A stretch of DNA of 38,707 nt, taken from positions 1 through 38,707 of the forward strand of contig JALMLS010000251.1 in the NCBI GenBank assembly GCA_038496445.1. Direction: 5' to 3'. This DNA comes from Trichosphaerium sp. ATCC 40318. Taxonomy: Eukaryota; Protista; Tubulinea. The position numbers were made by a program, and so were the translations under genes. Below the pieces are notes generated by a model. It was given only the letters and a program-made list of their open reading frames with translations. It did no database searches and was not told the origin of the DNA. This document shows, in pieces, positions 22,541 through 35,478 of this stretch. Within the stretch, counting starts at the first letter, position 1. Each line of letters begins with the position of its first letter.

Positions 22541-25236
22541 ATGACGTTTTATCCTGGTAACGGCGGAGATGATTTATTTATGTTGGACGATGCGAGAGGT
22601 ATTAATCAAATGGGTATGGCCCAAATACCGACGCTATCAAATACAGACGGTTTTACGTTCCAAAACTCTAATTTCGATAATACTGTGGACAAGTACGCGT
22701 GCCTAAAACAACCGCATGTTTATTCATTAATAGCGGTATTATCATCAAACAAGAGCCCAGAGATCTATTTGACTCAGAAGATTATTCCAACGTAACCCAA
22801 TCTCCATTTTCACTCGAGTAAGTACATGACGAAGTTGTATTTTGTAAGTAATGTGCAAAATTGATAGAAATAGGTCTTCGCTGTCTAACCCGAATTCTCC
22901 AGCTCCAGCTCATACCACGCTTCCACACCAACGTGCTGTTGACGATTCACCTGATTACAGCACGTTTACATTCGATTGTGGCATTTTTAGCTAATACAGC
23001 TTAGAGCAAAATATTCCACCACTCCTTCAGTCATTGCCAAATGCGATGGTACGTTTTATTTCGGTTATAGTTTAGCTACAAAAAAAAAAAAAAAAAAGAA
23101 ACGGCTATACTTTGCCACTAGTGCACTTAAATAAATTAAAATATTTATTGTAGGTAGATATGGAGCTTGTTGTGAATAAGACGCGTGTGAATCCGTACAT
23201 CCGTATCGGTAAAAAAATTCGCCTCAAACTGAACTCTATTCCGAATGTATACCATTTCTTGAAGCTAAAATCACAAAACGGCAACTACAGCGGCGATCAA
23301 GGTACAGAATTACCCTTTTGCCAAAAACGAATCAATTTTGAAGGGAGAATTTTGGGAATCTCTAAACGTTGTTCCTACGCCTTTAAAAAGGAGAAGCCCT
23401 TTTTTTACCACTGTTTGACGTTTTGGTGTAGTTTTTTTTTTTTGTCACAGGTCCATTTTCACTACGACTTGTATCTTTTACCTCCTCAAAAGGCTTTTTG
23501 TACATTTATTGCACTACCCAAGAGTTCACGCTCCTTTCACAAAACTTACCCGGTTTTGTTTTAATTAAGATTCTACCCTGTATTTGGACGTTCAAATAGT
23601 CGGTTTGGAGGATGCTCAAGTAATTGCCACGCTATGTAACAAGTGTCAAAAATCCAAAAGCAAAAAAGAAAAAACTACCGTATTCGGACCTATAAAATTT
23701 AATGTACGAACCTCTTTCGTTGGTTGGTGTCTTATTATATCTTCCATAGGATCAATTCCCTATTCAAGTTAACAGACAAACTCTTACGATGGACTTTTCA
23801 ATTCACTGTAACCACGAGCGTCCTGGAAGGCCACTAAAGTTTTGTTCCTTGGAATGCACTTTAATCAACAAACACAGGTAAATTATTTTTTTATTGAGTT
23901 TCAGCAACACTGCGCTCTTTTTTGACCTTAATTATCGTTTACACGTATACTAGAGAGCTTATTGGCCAAACTAAAGCTGCCTTTATGCTTAACTCAGGGT
24001 CTGGTAGTACAGTCGAGCAAAAGTCAGATGTTGTCAAATTTTGGCGTGTTTTTCAACACTTACACAATAATTCTACCTACTTAATATTACCTGAAGCTCT
24101 CGCTTCTAGAAAGCCCAGAGGCCCAAGTGCACAACCTAAGCGGTCTAGAAACTCTGACTATGTAATGGACCCAAAAGTATCGCAAAAGTCTGAACTTGAC
24201 TTCAGGGAGTCTTGCAGAGGTGTTTACAGAACTTCATTACCTCCTGATATATATAACGCACGTCCTTTGTCCGAACACGATCTACGGTAAGCGTTAACGC
24301 GATTTAAAACGTTTTGAAGGTCTTTTTTGTTGTTCTAATGTCGCGCGTAGTTGGCTTTGGGAATTTAGTCAGGGGCAGTTTGACGGTAATTTTTACAAGT
24401 TTGGCACATCGTGGTTGAACCCTTCATTCAATAGCCTCTCTCAGGTACGCATGTCAGCTGGCAAAACTCTCTCGAAAAAAATATAAGTTGGTTATTTTTA
24501 CAACGCTCCACTTCTTCTCCTTTGTGGGTAGATAAAATATATGTGCCTGTAAACGGTCAGATAGATACACCTCAAAGCCTCTTTCGTCCTTTTACTGAAC
24601 TTTGTATGGCTTATTTTGTTGTATTTACTCGTTGTTCTAGATTAAAGCGTTGTGGGTTGCTGGTCACCCTAACTTGGAGGTCCTACCTGCGTTTATTTCT
24701 CGCCAGCATTGTTTCAATATTCTTTGCCAACCAGCCGTCGCTGCGTCTACAGGATTAATTCGATGGAGTAGACAGTTCCCTGGGTCACTTATTATTCAAG
24801 TTAAAGGACCCGACGGTTCCATTAATGAGTGGTTGCTAGAAAGAACTTCTAATATGTTTGTATCATCTTATCAGTTTGATGGTAACAAGTGTCCATTGGA
24901 AAGAATGCTTCAAGTACGTCAATCTTTGTAATTAGCTCGCCGTTCATCCACTACGTTCGCACGTTATAAAAAATCCTTTTTGGCGTTGTTTGTCTCAAAC
25001 ACAACGTTCAAAGCGTATTTCTTTTTTTCTAGCACCAATACGTAGTTTCCGTTTATACTAATGCTTGCATGTAGTTACTGCTTCAGCAGAGAAAGCTGTT
25101 GTACCTTCTATGTCGCATTACAAACACAGCTGATAATTTTAGAGCTGTGCCATTACAAGATGTCTTAGGGAGCTTGGGTTGTTTCAACAACCGCCAAGAG
25201 ACTGCTGGGCCTATTTACAGGACGAGAGCAAACTGA
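22541..25236 (+). CDS. STAT-like protein: putative Zn/Ig-fold DNA-binding domain + Dictyostelium-STAT-type linker + SH2
   Basis: Linker RPLSEHDLR|WLWEF...FYKFGTSWLNPSFNSLSQ|IKALW. SH2 AFISRQHCFNIL...TGLIRWSRQFPGSLIIQV retains the betaB5 Arg. Upstream are LCNKCQK...FSIHCNHE, and the C-terminus is GPIYRTRAN*. One splice junction (~23470-23570) is unresolved. Confidence 0.75.
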
Positions 25237-25734
25237 TACGATCTTGTTTCAAACAAAAAAAGAATCGAAAGAACAAAAATACTTTTCGCTTAGGGTACTT
25301 TTTAATCTCCTTGTATTTTACTGTACATTAAAATTACAATGGCATAACAAACTGTTCTTTTTTGTGTGACAGTACTTAGCACGCGCTATTCCTTTCGTTC
25401 TCGCTACTGATACTTACGCCCACGAGGCGAAAAAAATACCTACTTACTGGCACACAAAAAGCACTGTGCGCTAATGAATGTGCACGAAGAATTTGTGCAA
25501 TGCATTACGTCTAGGTTTTCGTTGTTTAGGCTTGTTTAACTAGCATCAGATCTGACCTAGGTTGCAAGCTTACCAGATAAAACCGTAAGTGCGAAATTCT
25601 CCATTCATGTTTATCCGTATACAAAGCCCTAGAACGTTTTTTGATTCTTTCAGGAAGTTTTACCAATCTCTTTTTGCAAAGAACTGCGTTAAAGAAACAA
25701 AAGAACATTGTACAGCATGGCAGTTTCCAAAAAA

Positions 25735-26016
25735 AGATATGTCAGGGTTCGTAAAGCGGTTCTTAAGTCGGCCTACCGGGCAACCCTTCGACAGAATCAA
25801 TCTTGCCGCAACACTTTTACCAGAAGTCGTGAGACAATAGGTGGTTAGCGAAGCCAGTGTTAGGAGACGAGCTGAGCCGCCGTTAAATGTTTAGTCGTTA
25901 GGCCCGAACTCCCCGGTGCGTGAGAACTTTTCTTGGACCAGATTATACCGGGTCTAAACCGTGTACGCTCAGCTAAGCCAATCTCCTTGGTATTGAATAT
26001 CAACAATTATCCTTTT
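25735..26016. ncRNA. Unassigned long rod-like structured RNA candidate
   Basis: Nested pairings: GGTGGTT/AATTATC, CAGTGTTA-GGAGA/TCTCC-T-TGGTATTG, AGCTGAGC(25870)/GCTCAGCT(25967), TTAGGCCCG(25898)/CGGGTCTAA(25949). There is a GGG-CAA-CCC hairpin upstream and T-runs flank it on both strands. Confidence 0.5.
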
Positions 26017-27141
26017 GTGCACGTATAAACAAACAAAAAATAAATTATGGGATACACTTCACCGAAATATCCACTTAAAATACTCAAATATGGATAATGC
26101 ACATTTAAAAACGCCCACAAACCCTTTTGAAACCTATCCTGACGCGTGAAAACAGTATTGGCGCTGTTTTGGTTCTCAAAAAGTGTTTTTGTTAGCTATT
26201 AATCCTATTTTCCCTTGTGCTTTGGTAGAAATTCGTTTTCTTTGTCTAACGCATTACACAGGTTATAGTGAACCTTTTACACGCTGTGCGCGAAATGAAA
26301 TTTGAGGGAAATTAGGAAAGCTGGCTCTGAAAAAGTAGAAAACGACGCTATGAAACTTGTGAAGCTAAACTGTTTTTTTTTCCTTTTTCGGGTATTCAAA
26401 GGTGCCGTTTCATACGTGTTTGTTGAGTGCTTTTAACTAAAAGCACTTGGCATGCCTTAAAATGACAATAATATCATGCACAGTTGGTTCAAAAGTGCGA
26501 TCAGTACCGAACAAGTGCCAAATAACGAAAAACAGATCATTTACAACAAGTTTTAAGCAAAACCGATTAAAGCCGCAAACAAAAATTCAACGATCACCGT
26601 GGACGACTACATTCGCGTAGGCTAATCGGTTTGGCTATTGAGAAGACAGTTCAGCGTTTTGTCGCATAAACCACCATTACAGACCGCCATTTTCCTCCAA
26701 GTTAACCTGCCAGCCGCGAACGAATGAGAAGAATCAATCTGGTGTACCCCTGGGCTTGTGCAATATTACTGCTGATTTGTAGCCAACCAAAAAGCTCAAC
26801 CGACATTTCTGTGTAACCACCACGTTTAAACTCGTCTCATTAATACGGAGTGCTTCGTACCTTTGAAGGCGTGTCTTAAGCAAACTTAAACTTACGCGTA
26901 ACAGGTGCATTGTTCGTTGTTGAAGTGTTGCTTAGAACGAACGAAGTACAAGCGTTATGCCCTTGCTCGTAATTGTGAAATTGCGTTTCCTACCAATAAC
27001 TGTATTTATGCTGCCAACCGTTCAGCTTAATTATAATTGTGCTCGCGCACCGTTGAAACAAAACTTTATCACTAATAAGTATTTATTTGAAAAAGGAAAA
27101 AGTCTTAATTTCTTCCAGAATTTTGTTTGTGGCGTGCATTT

Positions 27142-28071
<930 letters not shown>

Positions 28072-29167
28072 GGTTGGTTAGTCCTAATTATTTTCGTGCG
28101 CTTCAGTTCTAAAAAAAACTACCGTTGCTGAATTTAACTCCGTCGCCGTCAGTACACGTCGTGTAGAAATTTTTAGTTTGCGATTACGCATCAAATTCCA
28201 GACGTATTTCAAGTAAAGTAAACAGCAATAATATTATCGTCATGCTAAGGTGCCAGTGGGTATCAAAACCAAGCAGAAAGGACACCCTTCGTTCGAAAAG
28301 GTAGAACAACACCGCTTCGTTGGGTAGAAGCGCTCTTTGCGGCTCAAACGAATTGTTTTTAGTACCATCGAAAGTACGCGACGCGCTGTACTTACAATTG
28401 GCTGTTTATTTAACAAAACGCAAAGTTCAACCAAAAACCCGGAAACTTGCAAAGACAACTGGAATAGGTTTCATATAAGAAACATGGTTGCCATTATTGG
28501 CATTAGTAAATTCGCTCAATGGCCACTAGTATTACGCGTTATTGTTGTTTGAGCGATTCTTACGCATCCTAAAACAAAAGAGTAAGCAAGAGGTACAAAG
28601 TAGTCATTTCTGTTCCCGAGAAATGTAAAAACATGAGCAGCAATGCGTTTTTTGTGCAGGATTGCTCAAACACTCATGTTCGTTTAGAAAATACTGCGGT
28701 GGAAAAAGCAAGTCGCAGTTTAATTTTTGTTTCAAATGTACTTTGACGATCAGCAAGCAAAGGTAACTTAAACCGTCCTTCTGCTGACACTGTATCACCA
28801 TACGATTCTGATAGGTGATGCGTCTGTTTTGAGCCATCTACAAGTGTTTGATGGGTTACCTTTGAAAAAGAATAAACTTTATCACGTGATTGTCATATGT
28901 GATTTTTTTTGAAAACAATTATACTTCATTGACAAGGACGAATACAAATACGAACCTTTATTCCGTGGAGTTTTACGCTCCAAAACGATGCTAAGCTTCG
29001 AGGACATCCTGTAGTAATCTTACCCCTAACCCTGACGTAAATTTATATAGTTTCGTTCGTATAACTTTACTTCTCAGCAGAATTGTACTTTCCGTTACAT
29101 TGAGTAAAAATAAAATAAGAAAAAATCAAGAAAACCTTTACTGGTGTTTTTATTTGCTTAGTTTATT

Positions 29168-29620
29168 TTATTTGGCGACGTACCACCGCGGTTCCCATCT
29201 CCCTCGTATTTCGCGCCAGCCTTTGTAACGAGTCTCCCTTACCATGTATTTTATCATTCTTCCGTTGACAGGTATTCAGATACATCAACAGAGATAAACG
29301 CCTCTTCGTTTATTCCCGTGTCAATGACTTTATAAGTCATCAAGTCTTTCAGCTGTATCCCAAAATCGTTTTCTGTAAGATAAGGGCCTTTCAAACGCTA
29401 AAAACCAAATATTAGTCAAGGATTGTTTTAGAGCTTGTAAATTGGAAAACAGTACAGAGACTGTACAAAAAGTGTAAACAAAGACGTAATTTGAGCTAAC
29501 AAGCGAGTTCATAACTTTTTGTAGATTGTTTCCACTACGCGAGATTCCTGGATGTCTAGGTTTTTACACCTTTTTAAGTACCCTAGTGCCACCTTGGGTA
29601 ATTTTATGCCTGTACACAGG
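29168..29620 (-). pseudogene. Possible small orphan gene/relic
   Basis: Coding-like ...ENDFGIQLKDLMTYKVIDTGINEEAFISVDVSEYLSTEE, then after a 1-nt shift MIKYMVRETRYKGWREIRGRWEPRWYVAK* and AATAAA. Confidence 0.25.
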
Positions 29621-29762
29621 TATATTAGTTAAAAAGGTAAGTGGTTCGTGCTGTCGTGTATATGCAGTACCTTGCTGTTCTTAGGTGTTCAATGTTTTAA
29701 TTTTGACTAAAACAGAATTTCTTATGACTGTAAAAAGATTAATTTTCCCAACCTCTACTTGA

Positions 29763-30973
29763 ATGGCTTCCCGTGATACTAATCACAGGTGCCATTCCCC
29801 AGGTCGCGTACGTAGCACTTATAAACACAAATACGTTGTTTATAGGCATGTAGGGAACCAAGCGACCAAAAGAAGATAGAGACAATGGCAAACCTGCCAG
29901 CGGAGACGCTGACAGACCTGCCAAGCGGTTAAAAACCGCAGCTACGTGCGTTACACTAAACTTGTTTGTTTTAACCGTTTAGCTTAGACTGATACCAGAA
30001 CGTTATACTAAAATAGCGTCTGAACACTGTCATCTAGCATTCTACATGCTAGCCACGACAGACCTCACTTTTGGGCGGCACTTCCCTGACCTAGTTGAGG
30101 ATGATAAGGAGTGTTCTCTGTTAGACTGGCTGTCTAACATGCATTGGGAGAGGATAGTCTTCCTGACAAACAAGCCAGCTCTCATAGAGAGAGCTTTAAC
30201 AATAGTATCAGTGTTCATTTTCGAGGACACATTCCGAGAGGAGGAGGCAGCTTTAAGAGCTTGCGCTACTCTTGAATACAATTTTAAGCACTACATCGAT
30301 AGGCATAGCAGAGCCCTGGCATGTACGTTATTTCTTTTTTTTTTACTATTTCGAGAAACCTTTGACATTGGCGTAGGTAGCAAGGCTGGTACTGACACAG
30401 AGTGCGTATTTATTTGTTTCGCTTTGTTTGAAGTGTCGGGTAATTTATTGCTATTTTTAGGTTTAACGCTAAATGTGGCAAACGGTTTAGTAGCCCTGAG
30501 CTTTGCAAAAAATTAAACTTTAATTACAACGAGTTCAGGTGTTTTACAAACAACCTTTATATCGTTTGTGAGTGTATTTTATCAATGATATTACCACTGG
30601 AAGAGTTCATTCCAGAGGGGTTACCGCTCCTGAGGTGCCTCGATATTCATGGCTGGAACTCCATATTGTTCCACGGACCCAAATTGTGGGGTTTAGTCTA
30701 TGTCTACCTGAAATCGCAACGAAGAAATATTTGTCGCGCTAGAAACTTGTGGCGAACAATTATTAACAAGCGAAGCTTAATTTACCATGGTGGTAAACTT
30801 AGTCATTCAAAGTTAGAAGAAGATTGTATAAACTTTGTTCGAATTACTTGTCCTGAATTTGTTCCACGTATCACGGATTATAAGGTATGCTTTGCTTTTC
30901 GCGTCCGTTAAGGTTACTAACTAAAATATAGAATCAACTAGAAGAAGAAACAAGGAACACAATAAATAAATAA
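29763..30973 (+). CDS. Orphan family F2, copy B (~330 aa, 6 exons)
   Basis: MASRDTNHRCHSPGR|GTKRPKED...PAKRLKTAAT|LIPERY...DLTFGRHFP...SLLDWLSNMHW...NKPALI...|FNAKCGKRFSSPELCKKLNF...IPEGLPLLRCLDIHGW...ITDYK|NQLEEETRNTINK*. The spliced frame is fully open. Confidence 0.8.
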
Positions 30974-32109
30974 AAAATTTTCAAAGAAAATAAAAATTTG
31001 TAATATTGTCTATATACTTCTGCTTGCGTTACTTTTCTTTCACGATATTCTACATGAAGCATTTATTATCGCCTACCAAATTGTAGTTCTTATCACTTTA
31101 TGCTTCACTTTACTCTTCACTTCCTCTTCACTTCCTCTTTAGGCTAAATGACTTTCACTGTTTCTCTTCCTTTTTCTGATTTTGCTCGACAAGCTCTTCT
31201 TACGTTAGTGCAAATTTTATTGAGTACTAGCAGTACCCATGTACACTAAGCCATGACTTCGTACAACAACAATGGTGCGCTGTCTCATGACTGTTACGCT
31301 ATGGTTGTAGTGCGAAACACCACGTTCGTTACCCTGAATGAACACAGCGTAGTAAAAATATAAGCTACTGTATGAGAAATACTAAAAGCACCAGCACAAG
31401 CGATGGGCTGGTGCTGCGACCAGTGTCGAACATTGGAGGGTTGACGATAGTCACAGTAATCATCGAACGGAAATTTAGCTTATTTGGTTGCTAGCAAACC
31501 TGCAGTCAGATCGCAGATGTTATCGAATGCTGAGCGTCTCCACGTTGGTCCCAACGAAAACCCTCGATGACATCGTGTATAAGCGACTGATTTACCGTCA
31601 ATAACTACAGTAACGCTATTCGGTGACGACGTGTTGGCGCAGAGTTAGTAAGCCAGTGATCTAGTAAAATGTATTTTTTTTTTGTGACATCACGTGGTGA
31701 ATATCTGTTGGCATAATAAAAAGGGCACCTTCTATTGAAAATGATTGAGCCAAGTGAAGTTACACTTTTTGTAGTTCCTAGCGCCGTTGAAACAAAATTT
31801 CACTCCATAGAAACATAAAGCATGAGAAAGGAGTAATCATACTGCAAAAAAGAAAATACGAAGCCATCGTTTTGCACCCTACCACTTGATCGGCCTCAAC
31901 GAGGGCTCTGTTGGCGTACCTGCGTGCATATGTGTTACCTGGTTATGTAGCTCATCCTGTACGTGCGGACAAAATTTATGCTGCACATGTTGAAATACAA
32001 TACCAAGACCACTGATCATAACTACAAAACCACGAGAACCATAGTAACACAAAATGCTACAAGGGACTCGCGTTGAAAGTGTCCTGTATTTTCGCTTGCT
32101 TGTGCTGTG

Positions 32110-33004
32110 CCTTAAAAGACAACTTAAACATCGGATCTTGTCTAACAGAAAGCAACTTGTCAAGACTTTACTTTACTATCACTCTACAATACGACCATGA
32201 GTACAAACGAGAACAAGTGCGGCTTCATTGTGTCATTTTATTGCATTTGTAAGATGTTGTGTAGGAGCAATAAAGTGTACAAGGTTATCAACGGCATTGA
32301 ACTCACCAAAGAAGAGCTGGAGTACGTGTTGGACGAATTCTAATTTCTTTTCATTCTCTTGTGATATTAACCTGGCCCATCGTAGGATGATACAAGGGCT
32401 AAGACCAACACCTGAGTGCAAAGTTTTGGTACGAAGAACAAGTTTACTATTGGTTTTCTTAGTCTTTATTTTTGTAGAGTCCACCAATTCAAGATCTTGT
32501 GACTGGTGAGGGGCTAGTTTGTGGCGCTCTAGCTGAGCTAAACAAAAAGGCAGGGAAGTTCTTAACAAACCAAAGCAATATCAGCTTTGCGTGCCTACAA
32601 GAGTGGTTGTTGTTTATGCAAACCGACTCTAGTGCTGCTCAACTTACAAAAGCAGTTACTAGGGAGGTTGTCGATGAGCTGGCGGTCCAATGGGATCTCT
32701 TGACTCGCAGTAATTTTAAATTTAATCTGAACGCTTTGGCAGAATGTATTGGTAAACTTGTTCGTGTCCTTAATCAACAATGAGTTCTGAAATAAACGTA
32801 TTATTTTCTCGGTTTTATTTTACTATTTCTTACGTATTTACTACTTTGAGTGTTTACTTTGCTTTTCAATTGACCTGACTATTCGATGACACGTTGTATT
32901 GTTACTATTTTTACAAGCAATTGACATTCTAAACAATTATTCCAACCCACAGCTGTTTTCTATGCTGTGCTTATGGCCTCATGTACACGCTGTGCCATTC
33001 TGTA
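32110..33004 (+). repeat. Left arm of recent inverted duplication
   Basis: Nearly identical to the reverse complement of 37643-38457 plus 37223-37297. Confidence 0.95.
32197..32783 (+). CDS. Orphan family F1, copy C (~140 aa)
   Basis: MSTNENK|SNKVYKVINGIELTKEELE|MIQGLRPTPECKVL|SPPIQDLVTGEG...ECIGKLVRVLNQQ*, intron phases 2,2,0. Confidence 0.85.
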
Positions 33005-34039
33005 TATTCTTGCTTTTATAGCGCATTTGATAACTGAGGTACCAAAACACAGGTTAAAGTTTGTTGTTTGAAAATGTTAAAACTCATTTCATTAATCAGA
33101 CTTTTCATATTTGTGTAATAGTTTTATGAAAAGAAATCGTTTGTCTTCGTCTTTGGTCTTGCGCTAGGTAGGTAAACAGTATATATCATTTTACATGGAT
33201 ACCTTCTCTTTATTCGGCCGCAGCATATCACCTGTCTTCTGAATTCGAAAACTCTAGCTAGTTTCTTACTCGCTACTAGAATGAGGACAATATGAATTTT
33301 GCGAACGCCTAGAAATGTCTAGTAGTTTTGGTTCTGTGTAGAGCGTCTCCTCAAGTTTGTCTAATTCTAGCACCATGTGAAGTTGCTGCAACAAGATTCA
33401 TGGTTAGCGCTGATGATGTCAAGCGTTGCCTGTAGCCATTGTAGCCCTCTCCAGGTACTTCCCTACGCGAACGAATATTAGACACAAATGCAAGCACACG
33501 TGCTATCGATGAATTTCTAGACAAGCGCACCTCTGATTATTTCGGAACCAGTGTAGCTGGTTTTGATATTGAAAGATGATTGATCTTATTTAATTTTGTT
33601 GGTCAACAATCTCTTCGTGTTTTACGGCTCCCCAGCTGAAGGACGAAACGTCATTTGTACGGGATCCTTGAAACAACATTTACAATCTACAAACGTCAAT
33701 AAATTGGTAGTGTAAAAAAAGTTGTATCAATGGCGTTTTTCTCACGTGATGGCTTTCCTGTTCGCGGTTTGGTAGGCGTTTAAGAGAAGCGCCTACAGTT
33801 TCTTCGATGTTGGATTGAGAACGTGTGATGTTCCCTTGAAAGCCATATGTTCCAGAACGCTGTCAGCATCGATCCAAATGCCAATAGTGGCCTTGACGTG
33901 AATGCAAGGCGATTGATTTTTTTTATTTAGTACCTTCTCGCGTTTAACGCACTCTCGTTTTTTTGGAGGGGCTCAATTAGAGCTGACGGAGTTGTGTAGC
34001 AGGCTCATAAGGCGCGGTAATGATAGGACCAATAATCAC

Positions 34040-34660
34040 TGTCGTTGAGAACCCCCAAGGCGGTGGCTTTATTTCGATATCAGCGGAATACACTAATACT
34101 TAGTACCACTACGCAACTGCCAAATAATATAATGATGGAGGTAGCAAGTAATGCTGACACATCATTGTATCGCGGTCCCACTCTGCATCTAGTAAGAAGG
34201 ATGTAAGATCCTCTAAAACCTTAGCAACAGCCAATGCTGGCAATTGGAGAATTAAACATACGATCAAGTACTATATTGGCTGATGACATCTATCTGGGTG
34301 AGCTGTCAGCTCTGTAGCCAACCCAAACCGTGTGATGACCCCTACCGCAGCATGTTAGCTGCCGTAGTCTGTCACGATAAGCATCAAATCATCTGGTTGC
34401 ACAGCTCCTCGAATACTAGTACTTGGCTGTATAGCAACATTGAGCGGCTCTACCAATAAAGCTAACAACAAAGGGCATAGCAGGTTACCTTGCCCTATAC
34501 CACGTCCTTTGTTGAAAGTCCAGATGGGCACCATTGATTTTGATCCGCACAGCTTCAAAGCACTGACAAGACAAACAAAGCTGTGACTAAGACCTAGATG
34601 AGTGAGCACCTTAGCAAGGGCTTTCATACTACAAGAGTCAAACGCCTTTTAGCAATTCCT
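34040..34660 (-). mobile_element. Degenerate non-LTR (LINE, L1/Tx1-like) reverse transcriptase relic
   Basis: KAFDSCSMKALAKVLTHLG...RGIGQGNLLCPLLLALLVEPL...QPDDLML matches the RT motifs KAFD, GxxQGxPLSPLLF and a decayed YADD. Stops and frameshifts flank it. Confidence 0.85.
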
Positions 34661-35014
34661 GACAAAGTTTGAGCCAACACGTAATACGAACTCAGAGGGT
34701 CTATGTTTGGTTTCATTTAAACCTGGCCACGGTTATTTGGGCTAAGAATGTCAAAAAAAATGTATCACAGCTTAAATGAAACACGACATATCTTCACAGT
34801 TTCTCACAACGTGGGATAAACAGTTACGAGTCACGTCATTTTGCAATGTCAAGTATGGAGAAATATTGAAGGCGTTGGGGCAAATAAGAGTACTAACAAA
34901 GGCAATGTAGTAGCGAATAGCAATTTATTGTGCTACAGTAATCATGTAACGTTGTACACCCTTCTTTGTAGGTACATACATACACAGAAAGTTACTGACC
35001 TGATTTAAAACAAA

Positions 35015-35350
35015 GGATGATAATACGTACCAACTGCAAAGGAATCGGAAGAAATCCAAGGTGACACATAAAAATAAAGTAAATACTTGATAGAAAAAAA
35101 AAAAGAAAGTAAGACATACCGATTGCAAAGCAATCGAAAAAGCAGTCCGAGTAGTGAATTACAAGAGGTAATTCCAATAGTATGGCCCAAGAGGAATGCC
35201 AAGAGTGAGTGTCAAGAGGGAACACCAAGAGTGAGAACATAAAAATAAAGTTAGGTAGATACAAAAAACAAAGAAAGGTAAGACGTACCGATTGCAAAGC
35301 AATCGAAAGATCATGCCAAAAGTGAGCGCCAAGAGTGAATACCAAGACCA
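35015..35350. repeat. Degenerate tandem repeat (two ~169-bp units plus an older partial copy) carrying a perfect hairpin
   Basis: CGATTGC-AAA-GCAATCG occurs at 35120 and 35289 inside aligned units. A decayed copy CAACTGCAAAGGAATCG lies at ~35031. Confidence 0.8.
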
Positions 35351-35394
35351 AGTACCTAGAACGTAAGCAAATTGTATAATGTATTTTATTTTTG

Positions 35395-35478
35395 GAAGCT
35401 ATTTCAGGTTATTGAAGAAGTGCTATTTCAAAGAAGTGCTATTTTATAAGAAGAGCTAATTTAAGAAGTGCTATAAGA
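35395..35478. repeat. Minisatellite (AAGAAGTGCTATTT)n
   Basis: Four to five imperfect units. Confidence 0.8.

Noticed and set aside
25800-25826. U5 snRNA loop-1-like TCTTGCC...TTTTACCAGAA
   Set aside because: The invariant GCCTTTTAC loop is interrupted by 7 nt, and there is no U5 stem or Sm site.
28915-28945. U6atac-like TTGACAAGGA
   Set aside because: Lacks the AAGGAGA box and the AGC triad.
29020-29036. CCCTAACCCT as telomerase RNA template or telomeric seed
   Set aside because: Only ~1.7 repeats, with no supporting structure or array.
32228-32568. ORFs 32228-32509 and 32233-32568 and their copies at 36.4 and 38.1 kb
   Set aside because: They read through F1 introns or are antisense to F1. 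They recur only because of the recent duplication.
33130-33560. Minus-strand coding-like relic with GTATCCAT donor (similar weak relics at 26.6-26.9, 28.2-28.8 and 31.1-31.6 kb)
   Set aside because: No consistent spliced frame or recognisable motif, and no U12 branch site.
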